Shown: positions 40,171 through 54,382 of the stretch, piece after piece
How positions within the stretch are numbered: the stretch's first letter is position 1
How the letters are laid out: every line of letters begins with the position of its first letter
Assembly (NCBI GenBank): GCA_002245135.1
Contig: NGBS01000879.1
Coordinates: 62,001 to 126,000 of the forward strand
DNA from: Proteromonas lacertae
Lineage: Eukaryota
Direction: 5' to 3'
DNA: 64,000 bases
Notes under the pieces: model-generated
Database searches by the model: none
What the model saw: only the letters and a program-made list of their open reading frames with translations
What the model was told of the DNA's origin: nothing
Translations under genes and position numbers: made by a program

Positions 40171-41268
40171 TTATAATTCTAAAGCAAGGTCACCAGGTTT
40201 TATCCATTTTTTATATCTCATAAACTCACTTATTCCTAAAGAAACGACAGCAGGGATTACAAAGAATAAAAACACTATACCTAACCAAATAACAGCTTTA
40301 TTTACACCTTTATCAACAGATTCAGTGTAAGTAGAAATTACTCCAACTAGACCAGCTGTACCCATTCCACTTCCTGCATAATCGCATTGTAACTTCATAG
40401 CAGATGAAGAAATTGGTCCTACAATGATACTAGCAACAACAGGTGGAATCAAAAGAATTGGTTTCTGTAATACGTTAGGAATTTGTAACATACTTGTACC
40501 TAAACCTTGCGATATTAATCCACTCCACTTGTTTTCTCTAAAACTCATTACAGCAAATCCAACCATTTGAGCTGCACCACCTACAGCACCAGCTGCTCCA
40601 GCAATACCATCCATTTTTAATGCTACACAAATAGCAGCTGAACTAGTGGGAAGAGTTAATAACAATCCTGTAACTACACTAACTAAAATACCCATTATAA
40701 AAGGTTGTAATTCTGTTAACTTCTTGATTCCATCACCAATAGCATCCATTAAACCAATTACTGTTGGACAGATTGTAAAAACAACCAATATACCAGTTAA
40801 AATTGTGAAGAATGGTAATACAATAATGTCAAGTTTTGTTTCTGTCTTTCAAAATGATTCCTACTTCACAAGCTATAATAGCTGCAAAAAATGAACCGAT
40901 TGGATCACCAGGTCCAGTTCTTGGTTAAAATGACATCATTCATAAAATTATTAGCTTGTGCACCACAAGTATCCAGCTACTATACAAGAGAACATTACTA
41001 ATCTATCAGCTTTTAAAGCAAAAGCTATTCCAGCACCAATACCGCACCCAGTTAACATTGATGCTACACTACCTGCAAGCATAAACACTTGGCCTGTTGC
41101 ATAATCCTCACCAAATAATTTTCCTATCTGTTTGATGATTGTTCCGATTATCAATGTTGAAAATAATCCTAATGCCATACCACTAAAAGCGACGATAAAC
41201 CATCTCTTAAGCCAACGAACAAACCATTGCCACAAATAACTTAGAGCTTTACGATATTTTTCATCCAT
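40171..41268 (-). CDS. Bacterial-type PfoR / PTS_EIIC_2-family membrane protein, intronless (three extra bases at ~40841-40968)
   Basis: GMALGLFSTLIIGTI, GPGDPIGSF, TKLDIIVLP, QPFIMGILVS..LTLPTSSAAIC, QMVGFAVMSFRENKWSGLISQGLGTSMLQIPN, SGMGTAGLVG, WIKPGDLAL. Confidence 0.85.
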
Positions 41269-41300
41269 CAAAACTTACGAAATTTCTATAATTTTCTTGG

Positions 41301-43762
41301 ATGGATTACAAACAAGTTTGCCAGAAGGTTTATCTCGATTTCTTAGCAAGTGATGTATTAAATATCATAATATTAATTTAGTTAACTATATTAGCTGAAT
41401 ATAAGTTACTTTTTGCTGGGAATAATGGAATATATTACTATGATGATGAAATTATCTCTTTTACAAGACTAAATTATGATTTTTCACAACCATTAGAGCA
41501 TATTAAAAGATTTAATGAAGGAGTTGAAACAGATGATGTGTCATTTCTCACTTTCGGTGATCACAACATAACTGTCTGGACTTTAAATACAAAGACATTA
41601 GATATTCAAATATCAACTTCAAAATATGTAGAAAATGAAATTTTATATGGTATTAGTATTTTTTTATATAATTAGTTGATTGGTGTGATGTTTCTTCAGG
41701 TGTAACATCTTTTTTCTATTTAACCAATAATATACTTGGCATAGTAGGTGAGAAAGACACTGTTGAATATGCTATAGATTTTTATGAAGATAAATATACA
41801 GTAATAGATGCATTTCATTCTAACGATTGTTATTTTATTGGCTTAACTAACCAAGCCTGTAATGTTTGACACTAAAACATGTAGAACATATAATCTAATA
41901 GAAGAAATTAACAGTAGAGATTCAATAACATCTTTTTTACTTTATAATGATAAATACATAATTATCTCAACAGAGAGGAGTATATATTATAATAAAATCG
42001 ATTATGAAGGAAATATACAATATAATACATATAAAATAAATGAAGGAAGAAATCATAAGATCCTTCAGGCGTCATTATTAAATGATTATTATGTTATAAG
42101 ATTTAGGAATAAAATAATAATTTACACTTTAGATGATTCTGATTTTAATAGTTTATTTAGTTATAATAATCCAACTATATATGATATTGATATAAATATC
42201 ACTGGATTTGGATTATATTGTGATTCATTAATCAATAAACTACATATTTGGTGCATTGGAGATAAAAACATTGTTTATCATATAACTGATTTTGAATTGA
42301 CTAGAAATTGGTCTTTGAATAAACAAGAAACTCAAATCAAACCAGCTACTTCATTTGGCAGTATAATAATAATAATAAATAAATAAATTATTTAAATAAT
42401 AGAATTACAGACTGAATCTGTATTGGTAAGAGCATTTAAAGAAATGATTCAAAATGAATATAAAACTCTGCAGATAGATGCTGATTCAATTGAAAACATC
42501 AAAATAAAATTTGATGAGAATAAATATAATGTAATACATATCGTAGTTCAATATAAATTTGAAATAATATTAACATTTAGAATGTGTATACCATTTTGTG
42601 AAGTTAAATTTAAATCATTAAGTGTGAATGATACATATGAATATCAGAATTTAATATCACAATACATTTATAATAAACAATTTGGAGCAGATATTGCTAC
42701 TGGTTTATTAAATCATATCCTTGTATATATATATATATATATTATTGAAAATATTTATAAATCAATAGAAAGTAATTAAGAGAAGAGATCATCAAACATC
42801 TGATGAAGAATTACAAAAGAAAAGTTTACGTTCTCATCAATCAGTTACATCAATAGTGAGGTTTAACGTTCATGGTGAATTGATTGTTGCTTTTACATAC
42901 AAAAAGAGTGTGAAATTATATCATCGAACAAATAATGAGATAGATGTTGATTTATTAAAGAATTATCACTTACCAAAACCAATAGATGATGATGATGATG
43001 AAGAAGAAGAAAGTGAAGGAAAAGAGTTGGAAAATGGTGCGAAAGAAAATGATAATCAATTATCAGATATATTGGAGACAAATATCGAAATAGCAAAATC
43101 AAATCCTTTGTTTATGGAACGTCATTTATCATTTTGGAATATGTTTCATCATTCATTTTCATTGCTATTAAACAATGATAATAATCATAGTCAATCTTTG
43201 TCACTATTCAGATCTCATCCATTTGGTAAGAGATTAATTAATAAAATATACTATAATAATAGATTAAAAAGTATATATATATATATAATTATTAATTATT
43301 ATATAATAGATAATATTCAGTTACTTGGTGTTATGAGTATATTTATGAAATGTTTATCTAAGAAATATCAAATAGTGAATGATGTGAATGAAAATTCTAT
43401 TAATTTTGATGGTTATATTTATGAATATTCTCAAGTATATATATATGTGATATTGTCTTATCGTGAATAGCTTTTGCATTTATACGATTACCATTATGAA
43501 GCTGTATTAATCAGTCAATATTTGTCGAATTATATTGATAGAGATAGAATAAAACAACCAGTATCTACTATATATATATATATATTCATATAATTTATTA
43601 TTTTGATAGAAATTGATATGCTTCTATTGTAGGTGTATTGTGAAAGGATTAAGTTTCGTTTGTCCCAAGTGTTTTCACGGTGGTCATTTGGAACACATGA
43701 GTAAATGGTTTAAATCAAATCATCACTGCCCTCTTTGCGAATGTCAATGTCAAACAAATTAA
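41301..43762 (+). CDS. WDR59/Sea3-like GATOR2 subunit (divergent beta-propeller, RWD-like region, C-terminal RING) (spliced)
   Basis: C-terminal CFYCRCIVKGLSFVCPKCFHGGHLEHMSKWF..CPLCECQC typical of WDR59/WDR24/MIOS; VRFNVHGELIV segment. Confidence 0.65.
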
Positions 43763-43876
43763 AATTATAAAAATTTGTTCGTTTTGTAACTGAAATAATC
43801 AGCTGACTATTTTAGAATCTTTTTTAGATCTCTTTAATTTCACTCTATTTATCTTATTTTTTTAATTGTTAATATA

Positions 43877-44694
43877 ATGCCAATTGCTTGTCGTAAGAAT
43901 TCCCTCGATGAATCGTTATTTAAGTTCAGTGTGCCATCAACACTTGAATCAGTGAGAGTTAGAGCCGTATCGGATACTATCCAAAAGCAGATGCTGGATA
44001 ATGTATAAATAAGTGTATTTTTATTAATAGGGAATACACTCACTCCAAATTACTTCAACAACTAACGCCAATGAAATATCTATTATTGCTGACCAGGATA
44101 TTGAGGATATTATCTGTATTCATAGAGGATATTATCTAATCTATAGTCTTAAATGCAAGTGATGTTGTTGTACATTGGTTCTGTGATAATTTTACTCACT
44201 TCAACAACCTCAATTCTATTCAATTCCATCGTTTATCAAGGAATGCTTCAGCAGAATTCATGGAGACAGTCTGTAAAGCTGAAAGAAAAGAAGTATGGAA
44301 TTTGAAGTATCTGGACATATCAGATAATGAAATCACTGATGATCAATTCTCCTGTTTATTAGAATGTATTAAAAGTGGAAAGTTAAACACTTTAGAGACA
44401 TTTTATATTCATTCAAACGAATTAACAGGAGCAACATTATCTCCATTATGTGCATACATTACAGCAGGTAATATTCCAAAGTTAAGTGAGTTTGCTTTCT
44501 ATGCTAACCCAATGACAAAAGAAGATTTTGAGTTTATTATGAAAAGCTTCAAATCTGGTAATTGTCCGAATGTTCCATATATGAAGGTTGTTTATGAAGC
44601 TTCTAAATTCATAAATATCAGAAGATGGTGTAGAGATAGATTAAAATCTATTTCTCATTTAGATTTAACAACAGTATCTACGCCACAAGAATAG
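43877..44694 (+). CDS. RNI-like leucine-rich repeat protein (spliced)
   Basis: LKYLDISDNEITD, LETFYIHSNELT, LSEFAFYANPM. Confidence 0.65.
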
Positions 44695-44887
44695 TTAAAG
44701 TCATTGTGTGTGTGTGTTATGTTTAATCTATGTTGATAAGAGGTAGTTGTGTGTGTATATATCATGTTTATAGCTATTATTATTATAATTACTTTGTTAC
44801 TATTTCTTTTGTTTTGTTAAAATCAAAATAACAACATCTCATATATATATATAATAGAATAAAAATAATACACACTTTTTTTCTAAT

Positions 44888-45648
44888 TTAACAACATTTA
44901 CTTTTTTTACCATTATCTTCATGTTGATCTGTAACATTAGTAGTAGTGATATCTACTAATTTGGTATCTTTATTTGGTATATTTCCTATACGAATGCCTG
45001 GAACAAAATTAATATCTTGAGATCCATAAACATTAGTTTCAATGTTATGCAAAACACCTTCACATGCTTTTGTAAACACTTCAGTTACATTTGCTCCTGT
45101 TTTAGCACTACATTCCATATATAGAAATCCATTAGATGCTGCAAAAGAGGAGGCTTCTTCGTAAGATATGACTCTTCTATGATTTAAATCTGATTTGTTT
45201 CCAACCAATATTATTACCAAATGTTCATCAGCAAGATCTTTTAACTCTGTTAACCATGATACTAGTTTCAAAAAACTCTCTCGTCTATTGATTTATGATG
45301 ATAATGAAGAATATACCTTGTCAAATCGAACACTAGTAGTGCAGCACAAGCTTTTCGATAGTATGATCTTAATATGGATCTAAATGATTCAGTACCAGCC
45401 TAGTCAGATTAAATAAGCACAAATACAGAATCCCAAATCATAGTTTTGATCATTTTGCCATTTATATCAACAGTTCTTGTTCCAAAATCTACACCAATTG
45501 TAATAGAGTAGTTTTCTTGGAATTTATTCTCAGTAAACTGTAATAAGAGACAGGTTTTGCCCACACCTACGATAATTATTGTAACAATATTATATATACT
45601 AGCTTCACCGACTACAATAAAATTAAAAGAATAATCAAACTGAGTCAT
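44888..45648 (-). CDS. Rab GTPase, Rab2/4/14-like, divergent (spliced)
   Basis: GEASVGKT, TIGVDFG, IWDSAGTESFRSI, GNKSDL, ECSAK, C-terminal CC. Confidence 0.9.
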
Positions 45649-45731
45649 AGCAAAATCTATAAAAAATAAAATTCGAAAATTCAAGCTTTTAGGCTTGAAA
45701 ATGAATCACTTTTTTCAATTTTAGAAGCAAT

Positions 45732-47639
45732 ATGAGTGAATTGAGAGGTAAAACCCATTCGAAAAGATATAAAAAGAAACGTGTAAATGATATAAAGAAT
45801 AAGATTCAAAAGAACTGGAGAAGTGAATTAACTCCTTCTCAATTAGAAGAATTATGTAGAAACATAAATACTAAATGCTTCATTTATGAGGATAAAGAGA
45901 ATATAAACTACGGGTACTCTCTATTTGTTATATATTTCAAAGAAATGGAGTAAGAACAGGGCAATATACTTATTATTCAATCAAAGACTTGTTAGTTGGA
46001 AAATTGGAAGGTGAAAATGACTTTAAGAATTCATTTCTATTATTTAAAGTATGATTTTCATGAATTATCTATTGTTCTAGTTTGATACAATCCCTATAAG
46101 CGATAAAGAAATGTATATAGTCTTTATATCATATATATTAACTTTAGGAGTCCAATAATCATGAAAGATTCCACATTTCACATATCATGTTGTTTACCTT
46201 ATGATACATACTTCACACTGGATGAATATAAGAACTCTATATTCATATCCTTGAAATACAACCTAATAACCTACTCCACAAACACACAACTTTATGAAAA
46301 AGTGTTAAATAGTCAATCCATCAATATCAATCCAATTACAAAAGCTAGATACATTGAAATAATCTCATTCATGCCAATATTAGAGTTAATGCATGCTAAT
46401 AATAATAATAATAATAATAATAATGAATCTATTCCTACACTAAATATATCTGAAGGAATAAGATATTTTACTAACAGTGCATCCCATACTTTTTCACCAC
46501 TTATTAATATAAGAGGATTTATATTACGATCTAGTCCATTAATCAATGAGATTGAGACTAAATCATCTTCAATAATACTGACTGTTAAAGACAATTCTAA
46601 TGACAAGACATATATAATAATTAGAAATGATAGTAAATATTATTATGGAAATTTACTGAAGATATATAAAGAGTATATTGTTACTAATATTAAGCCAGTC
46701 AAATTTAAGAATAAGAATATACAGATATATGAATCAACAGATACAACTGCAATTGTTCCAATAGATAATAATACTAATAATAATAATAAAAGAATAAAAT
46801 CATATTATACTAAAGACACTTTGAAAAATATAATAGAAAATGAAATAATTGATTATATAGGAATAGTCACAAATATTATAATAGACACAGTGATAGAGAT
46901 AGATAATTCATTCTTTTGTTTATTAAGTCATATATCATTATTTAAACAGGAGTTAGGTATTAGAATTGGCTGTAAAGTATACATCATAGGAGGACATACA
47001 ATATATGATGATAATAATATATTAAAAGGAATTGGATTATGTTATAATGGTAATATACAAGTGATTGAATATTCTAATATAAATAATTCATATTATCCAT
47101 TATCAGTAGAAAGATCGAAACTTAATAAATATTTATCCAATCATTCATATACATATGTTAATATTGTGAATTTGTGTTATTTATTACAGTCATTATTGAG
47201 TAAGAAATTGATAAAATATTGTGATATAATACCAATTAATACAAGTACAAGTACATCTGTATTAGAGTATTTATTACCAACAGTTGAGAGTGAATCATCA
47301 TATGATTTTTATAATGAAATTATTGAACATAATAGTGATGAATGTAGAGTGATTTATAATAAGAATAAAGAAATGTTTAATATAATTCCACATGTAATTA
47401 CACTGAGAGATATTTACTTAAGATTTCAGAGATGTAATAGAACAGGTTATTATACTCTTAATGAAACTGAATTTTATAAGAATAATGAGAATGTATTATT
47501 ATTGGGTTATTTAAGTGAAGATAAGAATGGAATATATTTATCAGATTTCAGTCTTACCTGTAGAATATTCTGTGATTTGTTGATGTTTCCTGAATTGTCA
47601 ATACAAGGGAAGACTAAAGTATTAGTTATTGTTAATAAG

Positions 47640-47671
<32 letters not shown>

Positions 47672-49656
47672 TATATTTATAGGTTTAATGTTACATGTGA
47701 AGTATCTTTTGATAAGAATATGTGTCAATTGAGATACATTTTGTCATTATTTCCTAAATCATTGAAATTATATAATAAAACATACAGTAGCAGCAGCAAT
47801 AGTAATAATATGAATAATAATTCAGTTATATTGCCATCACAACCACAGTTTCAACATAGTATATTCATTCATAATGAGATAAAATCAACGTTATTAGTGT
47901 ATGTATTGAAAACTCCATTAATATATGACAATATTATGAATAATAAAGGAAAATGTATAAATGGTTTAATTATTGAAAATAATACCGTTACAGGTTATTG
48001 TAGTATTGAAATAGGTGACAGAATTGCTGGGTTTAATATGATCAAAGAAGGTTACATATATGAAATAACCAGTTGTAAAGCAGTAGAAGAAGAATATATT
48101 ACTTTATTAACATATCCAGGGTGTGAAATCAACAGAATTATATCATATTCTAATCCAATTCAAAGATTAAATGAGACATATAATATATATTTAAATCATC
48201 AAAAACAACAACAACAACAACAACATTCTAATAATAATAATAATAATAAGATAAAATATATTCAATATATCACTACTAATGAATCATCAATTTCTACATG
48301 TATATTTGCATCAGATAGTTTCAAGATATATCCATTATATACTATTAAACCTCCATTTAATAATACCGAATCATTTCATTTAAATAATGATGATATTGAT
48401 ATATTTTATATAAAGAAATTAAAAGGTGATAAAATACTGAGAAATTTTACTAAAATTGATGATAATTTAATATCTTTGTTTTATTCATTTCAATTACTTT
48501 TACCTCACACTTTTACTGTATTATATATTATATATGTCTATATAATATGTATAGATAAATGAGATATACAGCAATAATAGCATTATAAATAATACTCCAA
48601 ATATGATGAATATCAAAGGTGCAATATATAGTAAATATATCAATAATGATGATATTCACTATATACTTAAAGATAATAATAATAATATAATGCATTTGTA
48701 TGTTCCAAATAAATATCATTATGTTACACTATTTCCAGGCTATATTATCATTATTAATAATGTACATGTTGAAGTATAATAATATCTTGTTATATTCATA
48801 TATATAAATAGAAGAAAAAGAATAATTATAATATCAGATTAAACAATTACTCATCTATTAATATCGTTGATTGTATAAAGATCACAGTGGATCCAGCTAC
48901 AGATAATCAGTTATATGTATTAAATACATCTAAAATCAATACAATATGGACTAATTCATCAATATTATACATAAATACATTGAAAATATATTGGAAATGT
49001 TTAGAGTGTAAAAAAGTAATAGATTATAATATATTATTATCATCAGTTGAACATTTACCTATCATATTAGAGAGTAGTGCAATTGATAATAGTATATTTG
49101 CATCGTGCTTGTTTATCAAACCTGTTTGTGTGAATGGATGTAGTAAATGTAAAAGATTATACTGTTATTGTGATATGTCCTGTAAAATTGATGATGGCAC
49201 TTCAACAGCTGTAGCTTATTGTAATGGTAAATTATGTTTTACATTATTGGAGATATATAATAATGATATTGTTGAATTTATCAATAATTTGCTGTTAGAA
49301 GGGAAAACCTATGAATATTCGTATATATATTTATATATTGATTAATATTATTATATAGAAATTCATATTTCAGTTCAGAATTAGAAGAAAAAGATAATTC
49401 TATTTTTAGTGATGCAATAAATAAAGTTAATAGCACTGCACCAGTTTACAACATGAAAGTTCGTTTTATTAAGAAATCTAATAACTCAGCAGATTTTATG
49501 AAAACCATCTCGTATATTTATTTGGATACATTAATTAATAGAGTTAGAAACTGTTTTGTCAAGACTAGAGTTGCAGAGACAATTTTTGTTCAGATAGATG
49601 ATGTTTCGCATACAGACACTCTTAATAATATATTTGCACTGTTAAATTCAATTTAA
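45732..49656 (+). CDS. CTC1: CTC1-like multi-OB-fold protein (CST complex) (spliced)
   Basis: YIGIVTN..IEIDN..IRIGCKVYI..H..GLC..IQVIEYS OB segment and C-terminal WKCLEC..CSKC..IDDGTSTA..C.G..LL Zn-OB, resembling CTC1. Confidence 0.6.
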
Positions 49657-49815
49657 AATAAATTTTATATGTTTCATGTATTCTGCATTTTAAATTAAAT
49701 AATTACAAATTTTTTTATATAAAATCATTTTATCGTTTCAGCAAATTTCTATGTCACTTCTTGTCTAATATAGAAATAGACTCATTGACCATTAATACAA
49801 GGTAGTTTTAAGTAT

Positions 49816-51195
49816 ATGACTGGATTACCAGAGTCTTTAAATCCTCATTCTCTTGAAATTGCTAAATTTTGCTACCGTATATGAACGATAAATATATTTA
49901 GTAAACAATTGGGAAGTAAATCATATATGTGAGAGTTTTACGAGTTTAGGCAGAGTGTATGTTTATATTAGTTTTAGTTGTAGAAATAACAATGAAGTAT
50001 CACAAGAACAACTTCTAAGGCTATTGCATATACCCAAATCTTACTTTACAGATGAAATATTCAAAAGTTTACGTATAATTTTGATAATTATTGCTATTAT
50101 AGATATATTAAATTTTGAAAACAGAGTATTTGTGCAAAGTCTCACATTTAATGAATTTTTCCAATTCGTAACTGTGTTTGGGCTTTTTCCTCTTACATTA
50201 CTGCTTAAAAGTATGTTTTACGATATATATGATGTTATAAATAGCATGTCTATCGATGACAGAAATACAAAATGACAATATAATCGATCCGACATCATTT
50301 ACAGATCTTTTACAGTTGATTGATTTAGAGAATGATAGTTTAAATACTGTTATATTGATTTATAAAAAGCATGAAATGTATATAATAATAATAATTATTA
50401 TTATAATGAATTAGTAAACCAGTAACAAAATCAATAACTTTTAGTGAATTGTTAGATATAGTAGAGAAAGATAAAATATACCCCAAATTAAGCCAATTAG
50501 TAAGTGCAATACAGAACACAATAATAGGATTAACTGATTGTGAAAACATTCAATATAAAATGCAGAATTGGAATTCCATTTATTTATATCAAATGCAACA
50601 TAATGGTAAATTACCTCAAATACCTTGTACTCAATACATTTCGTATTTCTTCATGAGAAGACCTCATCCAATGCATTATGACTTTTCTGGAGGTACAGAA
50701 GTTAATATATTAGGATTATTAAAGAAATTAAGGGGATTAAGATTATTGTATTTGGAAAGAAAACATAAAAACATACCAAATCCAAATATACAAAAAATCA
50801 GAAATTCTGAAAGCCATTTAGGTGCTTCAAGGGCAATACGTAATAAACCTTATATGCCCTCACAATTGAGTGTCTCTTATAGTGGTTATGAAGATGGTAA
50901 TGATTCTCATACTCCAGCTTCTACAACTAGAACTACTATATCACCTCCAGGTGTATCAGGCAGAACACTTAATAATGAATATGCAACTGCGAGGAATAGC
51001 GATACTTCTGCTTGTGACTCTAATTCCACTTTCATTTCCAAATATAAAACTTCTAATGTATCTAGAAGTAAATTATCAGTTTCTTCTAGAAAGGCGAAGA
51101 ATAATCAATTGATTCCTCCTAATGAAGCTTTGCCTAGAATACCAAGTACAAATTCTTTAGCTTATTGCCGTTCGTCTACTACTATGGATGATTGA
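49816..51195 (+). CDS. Hypothetical protein with degenerate EF-hand-like N-terminal half and Ser-rich tail (spliced)
   Basis: LTFNEFFQFV and ITFSELLDIV helix-loop-helix-like segments; GT-AG introns join the ORFs. Confidence 0.55.
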
Positions 51196-51334
51196 TTTTA
51201 TTTGTATGTAAATGTAGTGTATTTTATGTTTAATATAATGATATTTATTTTGATTTTATAAATATTTTTTTTGTTTTTTATTTTTTGGGGTATGAAAAAT
51301 TAATTTTCGTTACTGATTTTTGTTTTTTAAAAAT

Positions 51335-54300
51335 ATGTCTGATAGTTCAAGTATATCTACAAAATTATATTCTTAGATTGGGTTAAATTGTTTGATGAAT
51401 CATCTGGATCATATTATTATATGAATAAAACAACAAATCAAACCTCATGGGAAATTCCTAAAGGTTTTGTTGAAAGAATAGGTAAAACAAAGAAAGAATT
51501 GGAAGAATACAAAGAAATCGAAAATAATCAAGATGAAGATGAAGTACCAAAAATTAAAACCATTGCAGATGAAATTGATTTTCGAATTAAAATGGCAGCT
51601 AATACTAAAAGACTGAACTTTTCAAATTTCAATTTAAGTGAACTACCTGAATTCCCACCAGAATTAGGCCAATTACTCTACTTATACTTAGCTCACAATC
51701 AACTAGAAAAAGTGCCATTAACAATATGGCGTTTAAAATACATCCAGGAGCTTAATTTATCTTACAATTCCTTATATGATGTTACTATCTATAAAGGTGA
51801 AGCAATAGCTAAGCAATATGGTGTATTACAATTAGGAGTTGGGAATTTACAGTCATTACAACTGTTGGATATTAATCATAACAAAATCACTGATTTACCT
51901 GATGATTTGACTAAATTGAAAAAATTAACACAATTAATCGCTTCACATAATACAATAAATAAATTAAGAGAAAGTCTATTCACAGTAACAACTTTGACAG
52001 AATTATTACTTCAAAATAATCAAATTGCTGATATTAGTCAATCAATCAAAAGATTAACAAATTTAACAGTTTTGAATTTGAGCCATAATAAATTAACATC
52101 ACTACCAACTGCTTTAGGCTTGTGTACAGGTTTGACAATGTTGAATTTGAGTTATAATGAAATATTTGAATTTCCATTAGATCAACAAACGTATATAACT
52201 ATTTAATTACTATTATTCTATAGAATGTTAAGAGATTTTGAGAGATTAACAGCATTAACCTATTTAAACATAAGCCACAATAAATTCAGAAAGATCCCTG
52301 AAGAATTACCTTGTATGACTTCCTTAGAAACATTATATATCCATAACAATCTGATAAAAGAAATGGATGAGGAATTATCAACATTAGAAAGACTAGAGAC
52401 GTTAAATATAAGAAACAATCGATTAGAAAAATTACCTGACTTAATGATAAATTGGATAAGTTTAAAAACATTTGATTTATCACATAATAATATAAGGAAA
52501 TTACCTCCATCAATTGGTGATATTACTTCACTAGTTACATTGAATTTAGGATTTAATGAGATGAAGGAATTATGTGAAGAGTTGGGAAATTGTACAAATA
52601 TCGTTAATTTGAATCTTATGCCTAATTATTTAACGACTCTTCCAGATCAATTTGGACATTTAACAAGTATAATAATATATTATATTATATTATATTTAAT
52701 TTATTACTTTTTCTTGTATATATATAGATTTAACTAGTTTAGATTTGAGATGTAATGACTTTGAAACTCTTCCAGAAGGTATATTAGGTTTAATTCGTGT
52801 AAAATGGATTAATTTAGAGAATAGCAATATGAATAGTTTGCCTGATGGTATTGGAGGAATGAAAGAATTAGAATCAATTTATTTGAGATATAATAAACTA
52901 AGAACACTACCTCATGGTATTGGAGATTGCCATTCTTTATTATATTTGGATTGTAGAAATAATGAAATTGAAAGATTACCATCTTCAATAGGAAATTTAC
53001 AGAATTGTCTTACTATTTTATTATCCAATAATTTCATTAGTTCATTACCAGGTGAAATTGGATATATGAGTAGTATAAAGTATATGGATTTCGAATATAA
53101 TATGTATATATATTATATTATATGTTTTTATTAATAGAATATCTTCAATTCCAGAAACTTTTTCAAAAATTACATCTTTAAGAACACTTAATATCAGTCA
53201 CAATGCATTAGAAGAAGATCCTTCAGAAATATTAATGAAAATAAAAACATTACAACATTGGGATTTATCATATAATAAAATAAAAAGAGCAGATTTAGAT
53301 GAAGATAGTGAAGAATATAAGAATAAAATGTCAATGTATGCTTACAATCAAGGTGAAGCAGAATATAGTCTAAAACACTATGAAGAAAGTTTAAAACTAT
53401 TTAACGAATCTTTGAATTATAATCCAAATAAAACTGAGGCAATATATGGAAAAGCGTTAGTTTATTATAGTATGAGAGACTATGATACTTCAATTGAATT
53501 GTTAACGAGTTATTTAGGTATAATACCTGATGATAATGGCGCATTACACAGAAGAGGAGTTTGCTATAATAAAATGGCCCAATATATCAATGGATTGAAT
53601 GATTTTAATAAAATATTAGAAAGAATTCCATTTATTCCTGCATATTAGTATATACAGACTTATATTCATTATGTATAGTGATCGAGCGTATTGTTATTAT
53701 AAACTTGGGAAATATACTGAAAGTCTTGCTGATATTGATAGATATGATAAGTTGAAGAAAGATTATAAGTTGAGTGAATTGAAAGGTAAAATATATAAAA
53801 ATATGAATTTATATCCTGAAGCAGTACTTGCATTTACAGAGTATTTATCAATATAATAATATATTGATAAATAGTTCATTAAAATATCATGATTCAAACA
53901 ATTTAGAAGTATATTATCTTAGAGGAATTTTAAATAGAGCTCTACTAGAGTATATTATATATATATTGAAATATAGTTATCGTCATTCAATAAATGATTT
54001 TGAAAATATATTAATCAAAAGTGAAGAAAGATTAAATGACGAAATTGAAAATGTAGAAGAAGATGAAGAAAAGGAAGAAGAAGAAGAAGAAAAGATTAAC
54101 GATGGAAATGTTAATTTTGGACCTTCTTTGAGTGATGGCAAACCATTTAATAGTACAAATGAATCATATGGTCAATTAGTAATTGATAGTTTATATAATT
54201 TAATATCTTTATATGAATTAATTGGAGATAATTATAAAAGTCAAGTATATAATGATAAATTGGAAGAATTGATAGGAAATCACGATTACACAAGTCCATC

Positions 54301-54382
54301 AGCTAGTATAATAAAAGGCAGTAGTAAAGGAAGTAGTTTTAAAGATTCTAGATCAGAAATTAGTGTAGAAAAAAATGATTAA
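51335..54382 (+). CDS. WW + LRR (Ras-suppressor/SHOC2-like repeats) + TPR protein (spliced)
   Basis: WVKLFDESSGSYYYMNKTTNQTSWEIP (WW); ~20 LxxLxLxxNxLxxLP repeats; TPR motifs AIYGKALVYY, ALHRRGVCY. Confidence 0.85.

Noticed and set aside
43561..43609. GTATCT donor (and GTATTCCT at ~56996, minus strand) as GT-AG U12 introns
   Set aside because: No TTCTTTAAT-like branch site and poor donor match beyond +5; treated as U2-type
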